DNA of 56,788 bases from Actinomycetota bacterium (GTDB lineage: Bacteria; Actinomycetota; Actinomycetes; S36-B12). Below the pieces are notes generated by a model that was not told the DNA's origin, did not search any database, and worked only from the letters and a program-made list of their open reading frames with translations. The first letter of the stretch is position 1, and each line of letters begins with the position of its first letter. Position numbers and translations under genes: made by a program. The DNA is taken from contig WLLZ01000001.1 of NCBI GenBank assembly GCA_009700485.1, forward strand, positions 1-56,788, in the 5' to 3' direction. This document shows, in pieces, positions 1 through 10,235 of this stretch.

Positions 1-234
1 GTCCAAATAATTGACGTCGAGCACATCACTGAGCATCTCTACACAAAAGGTCAGCCAGATCCCGATCTTGTCATCCGAACATCAGGTGAACAAAGGCTTT
101 CTGGATTTCTCCTCTGGCAAAGTGCGCACTCGGAGTTTTACTTCTGCGAGGCCTATTGGCCTGATTTTCGGCACGTTGACTTCCTGCGCGCCCTGCGCGC
201 CTATGCCGATCGGCAGCGCCGGTTCGGCGTTTAG
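1..234 (+). CDS. uppS: cis-prenyltransferase (undecaprenyl/isoprenyl diphosphate synthase), C-terminal part only; gene begins upstream of the window
   Basis: Frame 1 is open from base 1 to TAG 232-234 and reads ...[71 protein letters not shown] and WPDF are conserved C-terminal motifs of this family. Edge-truncated, so absent from the ORF track. Confidence 0.8.
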   Translation, partial: VQIIDVEHITEHLYTKGQPDPDLVIRTSGEQRLSGFLLWQSAHSEFYFCEAYWPDFRHVDFLRALRAYADRQRRFGV

Positions 235-349
235 TTACCGGCGTGTCACCGCGCTGTGTCGCCTTTGTCCCTTTAGCGTCAGACTCGCGGGTTCGCAAGC
301 CGCGGACCCGTTTCCGCGCCAGGCCGCTTGCGGCCGCACAGGAGGCTTC

Positions 350-1663
350 GTGACCTCACCAAAGTCCAGCCCCGCTCGCCGCACTTATGTCCTTGATACT
401 TCAGTTTTATTGTCTGACCCCCGAGCGATGTTGCGTTTTGATGAGCATGACGTTGTCATACCGGTGGTGGTGATCATCGAGCTTGAGGCAAAACGCAGCC
501 ACCCAGAACTTGGTTACTTCGCGCGTAACGCACTTCGGCTACTCGATGACCTTCGCATTTCACATGGTCGACTCGATGCCCCGATGTCGGTTGGTGATTT
601 GGGCGGCACCTTGCGGGTCGAGCTCAACCACATTGATACTTCGGTACTGCCGACCGGTTTCCAACTAGGTGATAACGACACTCGCATTTTGGCAGTGGCG
701 CGTAGTTTGTCCAATGAAGGTAATGATGTTGTCCTTGTCAGCAAGGACCTTCCAATGCGGGTAAAGGCCTCAGCTGTTGGTCTGATGGCCGAGGAGTATC
801 GCGCGGAGTTGGTTGTTGAGACCGGCTTCACCGGAATGGCCGAGATTGACGTGGCAGCCACAGACATCGATCAACTTTATGAAGATTCAGTTATTGATCT
901 TGATGTAGCGCGCGACTTGGCTTGCCATACGGGTTTGGTGTTGATCTCTGACCGTGGTAGTGCACTTGGCCGCGTTACCGCAGATAAGCGCGTTCGCCTC
1001 GTTCGTGGTGATCGCGAAGCTTTCGGCTTACATGGGCGTAGCGCTGAGCAGCGCATAGCCTTGGATCTATTGCTTGATCCAGACATTGGGATCATCTCCT
1101 TGGGCGGGCGAGCCGGCACCGGTAAGAGTGCTTTGGCACTATGTGCCGGGCTCGAGGCGGTACTTGAGCGCCGTCAGCATCGAAAAGTCATCGTGTTCCG
1201 GCCGCTATTTGCAGTGGGCGGCCAAGAGCTTGGCTACCTACCGGGTAATGAGCAGGAGAAAATGTCACCTTGGGGGCAAGCGGTCTTTGACACCTTGGGC
1301 GCTGTGACCACCCAGGAAGTCGTGGAAGAGATTGTCGATCGAGGCATGCTTGAAGTCTTACCGCTAACCCATATCCGTGGTCGGTCGCTTCATGATGCTT
1401 TCGTGATTGTTGACGAAGCCCAATCCCTTGAGCGAAATGTGCTGTTGACCGTGCTTTCTCGGATAGGGCGTGATAGTCGGGTCATTCTCACTCACGATGT
1501 TGCGCAGCGCGACAACTTGCGGGTAGGTCGCCACGATGGGGTGGTTGCGGTTGTCGAGAAACTTAAGGGGCATCCACTATTTGCGCATGTGACTTTGACG
1601 AGGTCCGAGCGTTCACCAATAGCGGCTCTGGTTACCGAAATGCTCGAGAGTATTGACCTTTAA
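350..1663 (+). CDS. phoH2: PhoH-like ATPase with N-terminal PIN domain (PhoH2 type)
   Basis: ORF 11..1663 trimmed to GTG 350, preceded by GGAGG at 341-345. N-terminal PIN-like YVLDTSVLL...[12 protein letters not shown], Walker A GRAGTGKS and a VIVDEAQS box. Confidence 0.9.
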   Translation: MTSPKSSPARRTYVLDTSVLLSDPRAMLRFDEHDVVIPVVVIIELEAKRSHPELGYFARNALRLLDDLRISHGRLDAPMSVGDLGGTLRVELNHIDTSVLPTGFQLGDNDTRILAVARSLSNEGNDVVLVSKDLPMRVKASAVGLMAEEYRAELVVETGFTGMAEIDVAATDIDQLYEDSVIDLDVARDLACHTGLVLISDRGSALGRVTADKRVRLVRGDREAFGLHGRSAEQRIALDLLLDPDIGIISLGGRAGTGKSALALCAGLEAVLERRQHRKVIVFRPLFAVGGQELGYLPGNEQEKMSPWGQAVFDTLGAVTTQEVVEEIVDRGMLEVLPLTHIRGRSLHDAFVIVDEAQSLERNVLLTVLSRIGRDSRVILTHDVAQRDNLRVGRHDGVVAVVEKLKGHPLFAHVTLTRSERSPIAALVTEMLESIDL

Positions 1664-1699
1664 ATTGCTGTGAGCTCTGGTGCCCGGCTCAAGTACGCG

Positions 1700-1930
1700 G
1701 ATGCGGGCGGGGTGCCCAGTTGTGAGACCGCTCCGCCAGGGGGCGGTCACGGGGATAATCCGGTAGCTGGGTTGTGGTTATCAGTGTGATCCCCGTCACT
1801 CGCCTCACTGGCTGCACACCGGAAGCACGTGGAAGATTCACACCTATGACCGTTTTGCCCCTATTTAGGGGTGAGATCTACCACCTCGGGTGAACGTGAC
1901 AGTTTGGCGATCACAGGGCACGGTAGAGCC
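1700..1930 (+). promoter_or_regulatory. candidate ydaO-type (c-di-AMP) riboswitch in the 5' leader of the Rpf-like gene
   Basis: The ~300-nt untranslated leader carries blocks resembling the ydaO consensus as I remember it: GCGGGGUGCCCA (1707-1718), CACGGGGAUAAUCCGG (1748-1763), CUCGGGUGAACGUGACAG (1885-1902). This motif is typically upstream of actinobacterial cell-wall hydrolase/rpf genes. Not folded or scored. Confidence 0.35.
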
Positions 1931-1959
1931 TAGACATTGGTTATCGAACTGATCGGCGG

Positions 1960-2514
1960 GTGAATATGCGAGGGAACAGGATCGGTGTGCTGGGAGTTGC
2001 AGTGGCGATGACGCTCGCACTCTTGGTTTCCGGGCCCGTAGCAATGGCCGCAGATGCGCCAACAGGTGACGGCCAGGATCAACCAGCATCTTCAGACCGC
2101 GAGCGGATCGAGTTGGCTTTAGCGCGAGGCGATTTCAAGGCCGCAGATCGTCACGGCTTAATCGTCAGTCTGTATCAGGGCAAATGGTTCATGCCCAAAC
2201 GCGAGAAGGTGCGTCGATGCATCGTAAAACGTGAGAGTGGCGCTAACTACCGGGCCGTCAGCGCCGGCGGCCGCTACCGCGGCGCGTACCAGATGAGTAG
2301 GCGTCTAGCTGTTGGCGCGTCGTGGATGATGCAGCGCGAAGTCCGCAAAGGACTTGGTGCCGAGGCCGAGAAAATTGTTATCGCCTTACGAAAGAAGCCC
2401 ACCCAGCAGTGGAACCGTTACTGGCAAGATCGAGCTTTTTGGACCATCTGGCGCCACGGTAAGGGCAAGAGCCACTGGCGCGGAGGCGCCCATGGTTGCA
2501 TGAATCGCCGGTAA
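1960..2514 (+). CDS. secreted transglycosylase-like (Rpf/SLT-like) protein
   Basis: Signal-peptide-like N-terminus (RIGVLGVAVAMTLALLVSGPVAMAADAP). CIVKRESGANYRAVSAGGRYRGAYQM resembles the catalytic-Glu region of Rpf-type transglycosylase domains. Start is GTG 1960 or ATG 1966. Confidence 0.6.
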   Translation: MNMRGNRIGVLGVAVAMTLALLVSGPVAMAADAPTGDGQDQPASSDRERIELALARGDFKAADRHGLIVSLYQGKWFMPKREKVRRCIVKRESGANYRAVSAGGRYRGAYQMSRRLAVGASWMMQREVRKGLGAEAEKIVIALRKKPTQQWNRYWQDRAFWTIWRHGKGKSHWRGGAHGCMNRR

Positions 2515-4176
2515 TTACTTCGGGGGCCCGACCGGGATACGCGCCGAAATGGGCCGCATGGTCTCGGCGAAGAAGTCATTACCTTTATCGTCGACAACAA
2601 CAAAGGCGGGGAAGTCAACAACCTCGATCCGCCAAACGGCTTCCATGCCGAGCTCAGGGAAGTCGAGTACTTCAACTTTGGTGATGTTGTCCTGTGCTAG
2701 GCGCGCGGCCGGCCCACCAATTGACCCGAGATAAAACCCTCCGTTGGCCTTGCAGGCTTCGGTAACGGCTTTACTTCTATTGCCCTTCGCAAGCATGACG
2801 AATGAGCCACCGGCTTTCTGGAAAAGGTCGACATACCCATCCATGCGGCCGGCAGTTGTTGGCCCGAATGAACCCGACGCGTAGCCTTCGGGAGTCTTTG
2901 CTGGACCCGCGTAGTAGACCGCGTGATTCCTGAAATAGTCAGGCAGTGGTTCGCCGCGATCAAGCATTGATTTAATTCGTGCGTGTGCTAAATCGCGCGC
3001 CACAATCAAGGAGCCGGTGAGCGATACCCGAGTTTTGACCGGGAGTGCATGTAGTTGCGCCCGTAACTCATCCATTGGCACATCAAGATTAATTCGCACG
3101 ACTTCGTTGTCGAGCGCCTTCTCCTCGATTTCTGGTAGGTAATGCGCTGGCTCACGTTCAAGTTCCTCAAGGAACACCCCTTCGGGGGTAATCTTTGCCA
3201 ATGCTTGGCGATCAGCTGAACAGGAAACAGCAATTGCGACCGGGCACGAAGCTCCATGTCGGGGCAGACGAATAACTCTGACGTCGTGACAGAAATACTT
3301 ACCGCCGAATTGCGCCCCGATCCCGAACTCCTGGGTCATCTTCCAGATCTCCTGCTCCATCGCAAGATCACGGAAACCATGGCCGGTAGGTGAACCGTGG
3401 ACGGGCAGGGAGTCGTAGTAGCGGGCGCTCGCATACTTCGCGGTCTTGACCGCAAACTCTGCGCTAGTGCCACCGACAACAACCGCCAGGTGATACGGCG
3501 GGCAGGCGGCGGTGCCGATACTGCGGAGTTTCTCATCGAGGAAAGTTGCAAAGGACTCTGGATTTAATAAGGCGGCCGTTTCTTGATACAGAAAACTCTT
3601 ATTCGCGCTACCGCCACCTTTGGCCATGAAAAGAAACTCGTAGGAGGTTTCGTGGCCGGCATGATCATTTGCATAAATCTCGATTTGGGCGGGGAGATTG
3701 TTTCCCGTATTGCGTTCCTCCCACATGGTTATTGGCGCCAGTTGGGAGTAACGCAAGTTCAGTTTTTGGAAAGCGTCGAAGATGCCAGCCGAGATGTTCT
3801 CGGCATCCTCCCCGGTGGTCCACACGTTTTTACCGCGCTTACCCATGACAATCGCGGTGCCGGTGTCCTGGCACATTGGTAGTACTCCGCCGGCTGCAAT
3901 ATTTGCATTTTTGAGGAGATCCAAGGCGACGAAACGGTCATTGGGACTGGCTTCCGGGTCCTTCAAAATCGACGCAAGTTGCTCGAGGTGCCCGGGGCGG
4001 AGCAGGTGCGAAATATCCTTTATGGCTTCAAACGCCAGGAGTCGAAGGGCCCCAGGCTCAACTTGCAAGAAGGTACGACCGTCGGCCGACACCGTAGAAA
4101 CACCCTCAGGCGTAATGAGCCGGTATTTGGTGGTGTCCTCGCCGATGGGCAAGAGGTCTTGGTACTGAAAGTCCAT
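2515..4176 (-). CDS. class I (Fe-S, fused alpha/beta) fumarate hydratase
   Basis: ORF 2515..4515 trimmed to ATG at 4176 ([20 protein letters not shown]...). Contains ...[20 protein letters not shown]... typical of FumA-type enzymes. The start lies 5 nt after the glpX stop; the upstream 113 codons overlap glpX and look spurious. Confidence 0.9.
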   Translation of the reverse strand: MDFQYQDLLPIGEDTTKYRLITPEGVSTVSADGRTFLQVEPGALRLLAFEAIKDISHLLRPGHLEQLASILKDPEASPNDRFVALDLLKNANIAAGGVLPMCQDTGTAIVMGKRGKNVWTTGEDAENISAGIFDAFQKLNLRYSQLAPITMWEERNTGNNLPAQIEIYANDHAGHETSYEFLFMAKGGGSANKSFLYQETAALLNPESFATFLDEKLRSIGTAACPPYHLAVVVGGTSAEFAVKTAKYASARYYDSLPVHGSPTGHGFRDLAMEQEIWKMTQEFGIGAQFGGKYFCHDVRVIRLPRHGASCPVAIAVSCSADRQALAKITPEGVFLEELEREPAHYLPEIEEKALDNEVVRINLDVPMDELRAQLHALPVKTRVSLTGSLIVARDLAHARIKSMLDRGEPLPDYFRNHAVYYAGPAKTPEGYASGSFGPTTAGRMDGYVDLFQKAGGSFVMLAKGNRSKAVTEACKANGGFYLGSIGGPAARLAQDNITKVEVLDFPELGMEAVWRIEVVDFPAFVVVDDKGNDFFAETMRPISARIPVGPPK

Positions 4177-4180
4177 GCCC

Positions 4181-5182
4181 TCAGCGTAGACCTGCGCTCC
4201 TTGGAGGTTTGGGGTGCTCACACTGTAATTCGCGGATGGTGCCGCTCTTGCTGCGCATGACGATCGAGTGGGTGGTCGGGCCGTCTGGGCCGAAGTGGAC
4301 GCCGCGGAGTAGATCCCCATCAGTGATGCCCGTTGCGCAGAAGAAGATGTTGTCTCCGGTGACCAGATCATCGGTTGTAAGTACCCGGTCAAGATCGTGG
4401 CCGGCATCAAGGGCATTGCGGCGCTCAGCGTCATCGCGCGGCCAAAGGCGAGCCTGAATTGTGCCGCCGAGGCAAGCCATTGCGCAGGCCGCGATGATTC
4501 CTTCGGGAGTGCCACCTATCCCGGCGAGCAGATCAACACCGGTACCTGGTCGCGCGGCCATAATGGCGCCGGCTACGTCGCCGTCGGTAATGAATTTGAT
4601 TCGGGCACCCGCCTTGCGGACATCGTCCACCAGTTTATCGTGCCTCGGGCGATCAAGTATGCAAACGGTCAAGTCTGCGACGCTCTCACCTTTGCGCTTT
4701 GCTAACTGTTCTAGGTTCCAGGCGATGGGAGCGGTGATGTCGATTACATCGCCGCATTGGGGGCCGACCACGAGCTTGTCCATATAGAAGACTGCACTTG
4801 GGTCAAACATGGCCCCGCGCTCTGCCACGGCGATAACCGCGATGGCATTGGGCATCCCTTTAGCCGCCAAAGTGGTGCCATCGATTGGGTCAACCGCAAC
4901 ATCGGCTTCAGGGCCGGTGCCATCGCCCACGCGCTCACCGTTGAAAAGCATCGGGGCATCATCTTTTTCACCTTCTCCGATGACGACGACGCCGTTCATC
5001 GACACACTTCCGATCAAGGAGCGCATAGCGTTCACGGCTGCGGCGTCGGCGCCATTTTTATCTCCTCGACCGACCCACCTGGCGGCGGCTATAGCCGCCG
5101 TCTCGGTAACGCGCACCAATTCCAATGCAAGGTTGCGGTCAGGTACTTCGCCGCCAGTTACCAAGGGGCTCGGACCTCTCAT
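4181..5182 (-). CDS. glpX: class II fructose-1,6-bisphosphatase
   Basis: [40 protein letters not shown]...[14 protein letters not shown] matches GlpX. ATG 5182 has GGAG 6 nt upstream; the alternative is GTG 5194. Confidence 0.9.
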   Translation of the reverse strand: MRGPSPLVTGGEVPDRNLALELVRVTETAAIAAARWVGRGDKNGADAAAVNAMRSLIGSVSMNGVVVIGEGEKDDAPMLFNGERVGDGTGPEADVAVDPIDGTTLAAKGMPNAIAVIAVAERGAMFDPSAVFYMDKLVVGPQCGDVIDITAPIAWNLEQLAKRKGESVADLTVCILDRPRHDKLVDDVRKAGARIKFITDGDVAGAIMAARPGTGVDLLAGIGGTPEGIIAACAMACLGGTIQARLWPRDDAERRNALDAGHDLDRVLTTDDLVTGDNIFFCATGITDGDLLRGVHFGPDGPTTHSIVMRSKSGTIRELQCEHPKPPRSAGLR

Positions 5183-5257
5183 TTTGGGCTCCACGCGGTG
5201 AGCCTAGCGGTTTGGCACGGTGCGTTCGCGCCTTAAGTGTGAATGCAGCATCATTAA

Positions 5258-5806
5258 GTGGTGACCACCCCTAAGCCAACCGGACGACCCACTGCACGGA
5301 TGCGCCAAACCGTGGGAGACATGGTTCGGTCGATGGGTTTGGTGCTGGCCCTGATCGCGGTAATTTTGCTGGTAACCCTCCGGCCGCAACCGGATGCGGT
5401 CAAATTGGTGGACCCGACCCAGGTGCTAATCGCCGCCAGGGCACTGGCGCCCTTTACGGTCGAGATTCCCGAGGGCCTAGCGGGTTATCAGGTGACCAGT
5501 GCGAGGTGGCAGGAGACTTCGGCGTCGGATGGTGATCTAGTACTGCACCTCGGTTACGTGACCCCGGGTACTGAGTATGTGCAGTTTAGCCAATCTGCAG
5601 CTGACAACCTGAAATTCATTGATGAGCAAACATCCGGTGGAATTGCGACTGATCAACTCACGCTGGCCGGCCAGACCTGGCAGCATTACGAATCCCCTGA
5701 ACGTCGGTCATTGGTTCGCACGGTAAACGGGGTAACCACGGTAATCAGTGGCACCGCCACCCAAGGCGAACTTGAGCGAGTTGCGAGCTCGTTGACCGCT
5801 GGCTAG
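5258..5806 (+). CDS. DUF4245-like membrane-anchored protein
   Basis: Single N-terminal TM segment (MGLVLALIAVILLVTL) plus a conserved domain. Sits divergent from glpX, as in other actinobacteria. Confidence 0.7.
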   Translation: MVTTPKPTGRPTARMRQTVGDMVRSMGLVLALIAVILLVTLRPQPDAVKLVDPTQVLIAARALAPFTVEIPEGLAGYQVTSARWQETSASDGDLVLHLGYVTPGTEYVQFSQSAADNLKFIDEQTSGGIATDQLTLAGQTWQHYESPERRSLVRTVNGVTTVISGTATQGELERVASSLTAG

Positions 5807-6015
5807 TCGGGAGCCTTCGCTTGTTCGAGTCGGGCGCGAGTGGTGTCGAGCCAGCCTTGACACACAGCTGCCAGCGCTTCGCCGCGTTCCCAGAGTGCTA
5901 ATGACTCTTCCAGGGTGAGCCCCCCGGCCTCGAGTTGCTGCACGATCTTCGCGAGTTCATCACGTGAGGCTTCAAAACTTGGGATTTGGCCTTCACCTTG
6001 TTTTTTTGCGGTCAT
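5803..6015 (-). CDS. xseB: exodeoxyribonuclease VII small subunit
   Basis: 70-aa protein with FEASRDELAKIVQQLEAGGLTLEESLALWERGEALA. Overlaps the xseA stop by 4 nt. Confidence 0.9.
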   Translation of the reverse strand: MTAKKQGEGQIPSFEASRDELAKIVQQLEAGGLTLEESLALWERGEALAAVCQGWLDTTRARLEQAKAPD

Positions 6016-7160
6016 CGGGTCTCCTTAATTCGGGTCGCGGCGAAGCGCCCCTTGGCTAAGCGGATGTCGACGATTTGCTCGTCCTTTACTTGCGATTCAT
6101 CACGAACAATCGAACCGTCACCGGCAAGGACGATTGCGTACCCACGATCAAGGGTTGCCGCTGGGGATAGTGAACGAACCTGTGCGGCGAGGTGCGCTAC
6201 CTGAGCTGCCGATCGTTCAACGATATGGCTAATCACCGTGGTCATCCGGCGGCGGTGGTCGCGAATTTGCGTCGCTTCGCGTTCGAAATGATTTGCCACC
6301 GACACTCTTGCGCGATTGCGCAGCCCATTAACTATCGACTCCTGCTCAACGAGTGAGGGCACTACCCGTTTGGCGGCATCGGTTGGGGTTGATGCGCGGA
6401 GGTCTGAGACGAAATCCAAGAGTGGAGCGTCTTGCTCGTGGCCGATGGCACTGACAATTGGGGTGCGGCAATCGCTGACCGCTCGAACCAAGCTCTCATT
6501 GCTAAATGGGAGTAGGTCTTCGACGCTGCCGCCGCCGCGAGTGATGATGATTACGTCAACCTCTGCAACTGCCTCAAGTTCTTGTAGAGCGCCGATCACC
6601 TCGGGTACGCATTGCATACCTTGCACCGCGACTTCGCGAATCTCGAATTCGATACCGGGCCAACGTTCTGAGGCGTTAACCGTGACATCGTGCATCGCGG
6701 CGCTTCCGCGTCCGCAAATTAGTCCAATTTTACGGGGCAGGAACGGCAGCGGTTGCTTCCGCTCCGCTGCGAACAGCCCCTCGGCGGCGAGCATGGCGCG
6801 CAGGCGCTCGAGTTGGGCGAGGAGGTCTCCGATCCCGACGGCGCGAATTTGTTTGGCGCGAAACTGCAAGCTGCCCTTGCCGGTGTAGTACTCCGGCTGC
6901 GCGAACACGATTATCCGTTGCCCGGCTGCTACCGGTGGCTCCACCGCCCCGAGTACTTTCGCGTCGGCCACGATGGTGATCGACATCTCGACGTCGGGGT
7001 CGCGCAATGTCAAATAGAACTGCCGGGCGCCAGGGCGCGGGCGGTACTCGGCGACCTGGCCATCGATCCAGATCGCGCCTAGGCGCCCAACCCACTCAGC
7101 AACCGCCCGCGAGACAGTGCGGACCGCCGCCGGTTCCTCCGGGGTGGTCTGAAGTGCCAT
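6012..7160 (-). CDS. xseA: exodeoxyribonuclease VII large subunit
   Basis: N-terminal OB-fold region followed by the ...IGLICGRGSAAMHDV...IIITRGGGSVEDLLPFSNE... signature. Confidence 0.9.
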   Translation of the reverse strand: MALQTTPEEPAAVRTVSRAVAEWVGRLGAIWIDGQVAEYRPRPGARQFYLTLRDPDVEMSITIVADAKVLGAVEPPVAAGQRIIVFAQPEYYTGKGSLQFRAKQIRAVGIGDLLAQLERLRAMLAAEGLFAAERKQPLPFLPRKIGLICGRGSAAMHDVTVNASERWPGIEFEIREVAVQGMQCVPEVIGALQELEAVAEVDVIIITRGGGSVEDLLPFSNESLVRAVSDCRTPIVSAIGHEQDAPLLDFVSDLRASTPTDAAKRVVPSLVEQESIVNGLRNRARVSVANHFEREATQIRDHRRRMTTVISHIVERSAAQVAHLAAQVRSLSPAATLDRGYAIVLAGDGSIVRDESQVKDEQIVDIRLAKGRFAATRIKETR

Positions 7161-7221
7161 TTGGCCTCCTTTGCCAGCAGCAGCCTAAGCAGGGTTAGCC
7201 GCGGCCTCGTACGATGGAGGG

Positions 7222-8193
7222 GTGGATAACCCGACGAAGAAGATTCTGCTGGCGTCCCCACGCGGCTATTGCGCCGGTGTCGACCGCGCGGTGGTGACCG
7301 TCGAAAAGGCGCTTGAACTCTACGGACCCCCGGTTTATGTGCGTAAGGAGATCGTTCACAACAAGCATGTTGTCCAAGATCTTCAAGGGCGCGGTGCCAT
7401 CTTCGTTGATGAGTTGGATGAAGTGCCCGAGGGCTCGACCGTGGTTTTCTCGGCGCACGGGGTAGCACCGAGTGTGCATGTAGAAGCCGCTGAGCGGGAT
7501 TTGAAAGCCATTGATGCCACCTGCCCACTAGTTACAAAGGTGCATGCCGAAGTCAAGCGGTTCGCCAACGAAGGTTTTCAAATCCTGTTAGTCGGACACA
7601 ATGATCACGAGGAGGTCGTAGGTACGGCCGGTGAAGCCCCTGACGTCATCACGGTGGTGCAAGACGCGAACGAGGCAGCCACTGTCGAGGTGGCCGATTC
7701 ATCCAAGTTGATCTGGCTTTCGCAAACAACATTATCCGTTGACGAAGCCATGGCGACCGTCGACGTTTTGAAGTCAAGGTTTCCGAATTTACTTAGCCCA
7801 CCGAGTGACGATATTTGCTACGCCACTCAAAATCGCCAGCTAGCCGTAAAAGCTATGGCTGAACAATGTGATGTTGTCATTGTTGTTGGATCTGTGAACT
7901 CTTCGAATTCAGTGCGCCTCGTCGAGGTCGCCTTGGATGCAGGTGCCAAGAATTCGTATCGGGTTGATGATGCGTCTGAGTTGCAGGAGGAGTGGTTCAC
8001 CGCAACAAGTACCGTCGGAGTTACCAGCGGTGCTTCGGTACCTGAGCAACTGGTGGAAGAAGTGCTGGCCTGGCTGGCCGAACGCGGGTATGGGTCGGTT
8101 GAAGTAGTGAAAACCGCCGAAGAGACTTTGATCTTCTCGTTGCCGCCGGAGTTGCGTCGCGATATTAAAGCGGCTCAGCAAGCAAAAGCCTGA
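7222..8193 (+). CDS. ispH: 4-hydroxy-3-methylbut-2-enyl diphosphate reductase
   Basis: [17 protein letters not shown]...VHNKHVV...SAHGV...[10 protein letters not shown] motifs. GTG start directly after GGAGG. Confidence 0.92.
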   Translation: MDNPTKKILLASPRGYCAGVDRAVVTVEKALELYGPPVYVRKEIVHNKHVVQDLQGRGAIFVDELDEVPEGSTVVFSAHGVAPSVHVEAAERDLKAIDATCPLVTKVHAEVKRFANEGFQILLVGHNDHEEVVGTAGEAPDVITVVQDANEAATVEVADSSKLIWLSQTTLSVDEAMATVDVLKSRFPNLLSPPSDDICYATQNRQLAVKAMAEQCDVVIVVGSVNSSNSVRLVEVALDAGAKNSYRVDDASELQEEWFTATSTVGVTSGASVPEQLVEEVLAWLAERGYGSVEVVKTAEETLIFSLPPELRRDIKAAQQAKA

Positions 8194-8201
8194 TAGATAA
8201 A

Positions 8202-8981
8202 TCAGCGGCGCTGTGCGCGCACGATCACTATGGCCAGGGCTAGCAGGGTCGAGACAATAACCCAGAGCCAGTTATCAGCCAGGGTGAAGAACACCGTTAC
8301 GCCGCGGCCGATGAGCGCGCCTCCGGTGATGGTGACACCGATTTGGCCAATGGTGATTGCAGCGATGAAGAATGCAATCGGCGGTGCGATCACGGCGACG
8401 GCTAGATCACCGGTGCGGACGGTCAATGCTGCAAATGCACTTGAGATCAGCAGACCCAGCCCGGTAACCAAACCAAGGCCGGCGCCACCGACGAATATAT
8501 CGATGACGCTGAATAGCAAGGTCGCCCCGATGACCACCGCGTAAACACCGACCGGCCGAAGCCCGCGAGCACGTGGTGCGGAATCTGAATTGCGGAAACT
8601 GCGGCGGGCTTTACTCCCGTTCGGTTCATCGAGCACTTTGACGGCAGGTGATTGCGCGTCGGGAGTTATCGCAATGACAACTGGTGCCACGCGGCTGGAG
8701 GTGGGTGGTAGCAGCCCGGCAAGGGGTGCGGGTGCATTCGAAATCTGCGGTACCTCACTGCTGCTGACCTGCAGGGTGCGCAACTTGGACACTTGATCTG
8801 TACCAAGTGCCACAATCGCCACCGCCGAACTCTCGGACCGGTTGGTGCGAAACAGTCGGCCGGTGTCAACGGGCTCACGGCTTTGGGCCGGTGGGGTAAC
8901 CGGTGCCGACGGCACGCTTTCAACCGGTCGGAACAAGGCGCGGTAAGCCTCGTCCTCGGCTGGGTTCATGTCGTCGCTCAC
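8202..8981 (-). CDS. hypothetical membrane protein (Pro/Ser-rich N-terminus, multi-TM C-terminus; DUF6542-like, tentative)
   Basis: About 4 hydrophobic segments in the C-terminal half. Starts 14 nt after the rmuC stop on the same strand. No enzyme motifs recognised. Confidence 0.55.
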   Translation of the reverse strand: MSDDMNPAEDEAYRALFRPVESVPSAPVTPPAQSREPVDTGRLFRTNRSESSAVAIVALGTDQVSKLRTLQVSSSEVPQISNAPAPLAGLLPPTSSRVAPVVIAITPDAQSPAVKVLDEPNGSKARRSFRNSDSAPRARGLRPVGVYAVVIGATLLFSVIDIFVGGAGLGLVTGLGLLISSAFAALTVRTGDLAVAVIAPPIAFFIAAITIGQIGVTITGGALIGRGVTVFFTLADNWLWVIVSTLLALAIVIVRAQRR

Positions 8982-8994
8982 GGATGTACGGTAC

Positions 8995-10113
8995 TCAACT
9001 AGCCAGGTGATTTGCGGTTACCGGGTCGCCGATGAACTCGCGCGCCGTTAACGCGCGTGCTTGCTGGGTGATGGTGGCGACTTCAGGGAGGTCGTCATCG
9101 CTTACCCCATACTCATTAAAGGCTCTGGCGGTGACCAGTACGCGGGTTTCGAGTGAAGCCACGGCCTTGTTGTAGTGCCCGACCGCGGAGTCAAGGGCGT
9201 TGCCAACTTTGGCGAAATGCTGGGCCAAAGTGCTGATGCGCGAATGGAGGTCGCGGCCGAGCCGGGAGATTTCCTCGGCATTTTTGGCCAGCCGCTCTTG
9301 GCGCCAGGTCAGTGCAACGGTGCGCATGAGCGCGAACATCGTGGTTGGTGTGGCCGGCACGATATCGCGACTGAAGGCATAATCCAGGAGATCGGGGCGC
9401 ATCTGTAAAGCTATTTCAAAGAGTGACTCCGATGGGAGAAACAGGACCACGAACTCCACGTTCTGTGGCACGTGCCGGCGGTAATCCTTGCCATGGAGTG
9501 AGTCGATGTGGCGGATTACGTCAGCGGCATGCTGGCGCAGGTGCTGTTCAACAGCGGCCTCATCGGTTGCCTGTTCCGCTTCGAGGAATGCGGCAAGGGG
9601 CACTTTGGCGTCGACGACGATAGTGCGATCACCAGCAAGCCGAATTACCATGTCGGGGCGTAGCGCTCCTTCGTCTCCTTGGTGGGTTGACTGCTCATCG
9701 AAGTCAACTCTTTCGAGCATCCCCGCGGCTTCGACAAGGCGCCGCAACTGCATTTCACCCCAGCGCCCACGCGCGCCGGTGCGGCCTAGTACGGAAGCGA
9801 GCCGCGAGGCTTCGCGCCGCACCTCCTCGGTTGAGCGTTGCAGCGTCAGCACGTGCTGGCTTAGTTGTGTAGTGAGTTCAGTGCGCAGGGCGACTTGGCC
9901 GGTAGTGGCTTGTAGTTCTTGCCGTGCGACCTGTTCGGCGAGGGCCCCTAACGAGGCGGTGACCGGGGCCAGAGCCGACTGCCATTCGGCGGGGGCTGGG
10001 CCCGAGCGCCGAGCCATGCGGCCAGCTGCTGCGGCACCAACGGCAATGCCAAGGGCGAGGATGAGCCCGATGGTGATGATGACTGCTGCGAGTGCGGGAA
10101 GTGAGTTAGTCAT
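8995..10113 (-). CDS. rmuC: DNA recombination protein RmuC
   Basis: N-terminal TM segment, long coiled-coil-like region, and C-terminal VVDAKVPLAAF...VVLFLPSESLF nuclease-like region typical of RmuC. Confidence 0.85.
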   Translation of the reverse strand: MTNSLPALAAVIITIGLILALGIAVGAAAAGRMARRSGPAPAEWQSALAPVTASLGALAEQVARQELQATTGQVALRTELTTQLSQHVLTLQRSTEEVRREASRLASVLGRTGARGRWGEMQLRRLVEAAGMLERVDFDEQSTHQGDEGALRPDMVIRLAGDRTIVVDAKVPLAAFLEAEQATDEAAVEQHLRQHAADVIRHIDSLHGKDYRRHVPQNVEFVVLFLPSESLFEIALQMRPDLLDYAFSRDIVPATPTTMFALMRTVALTWRQERLAKNAEEISRLGRDLHSRISTLAQHFAKVGNALDSAVGHYNKAVASLETRVLVTARAFNEYGVSDDDLPEVATITQQARALTAREFIGDPVTANHLAS

Positions 10114-10187
10114 AAATTAAGGGTCCCAGCAGGGTCTGACATTCCATGGTTTCGACACCGTGCCACGCGCTTTTTAGCCGATTTTCT

Positions 10188-10208
10188 GGGGCCATGGGCC
10201 ATGGCCCC
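10188..10208. promoter_or_regulatory. perfect 10-1-10 palindrome in the rmuC/ychF divergent intergenic region
   Basis: GGGGCCATGG g CCATGGCCCC read directly from the sequence. Possible operator or hairpin; function unknown. Confidence 0.3.
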
Positions 10209-10235
10209 GGTGCCCGGCGCATAGGGTGACCGACT

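Noticed and set aside
11-349. Long N-terminal extensions of track ORFs: phoH2 11-349, fumarase 4177-4515, proC 40021-40278, Cys-rich protein 34278-34397, HAD 44572-44685, menE 56242-56478.
   Set aside because: The extensions overlap neighbouring genes or divergent starts and lack similarity to the families concerned. Internal starts with SD sequences or 4-nt stop/start overlaps give normal-length proteins.
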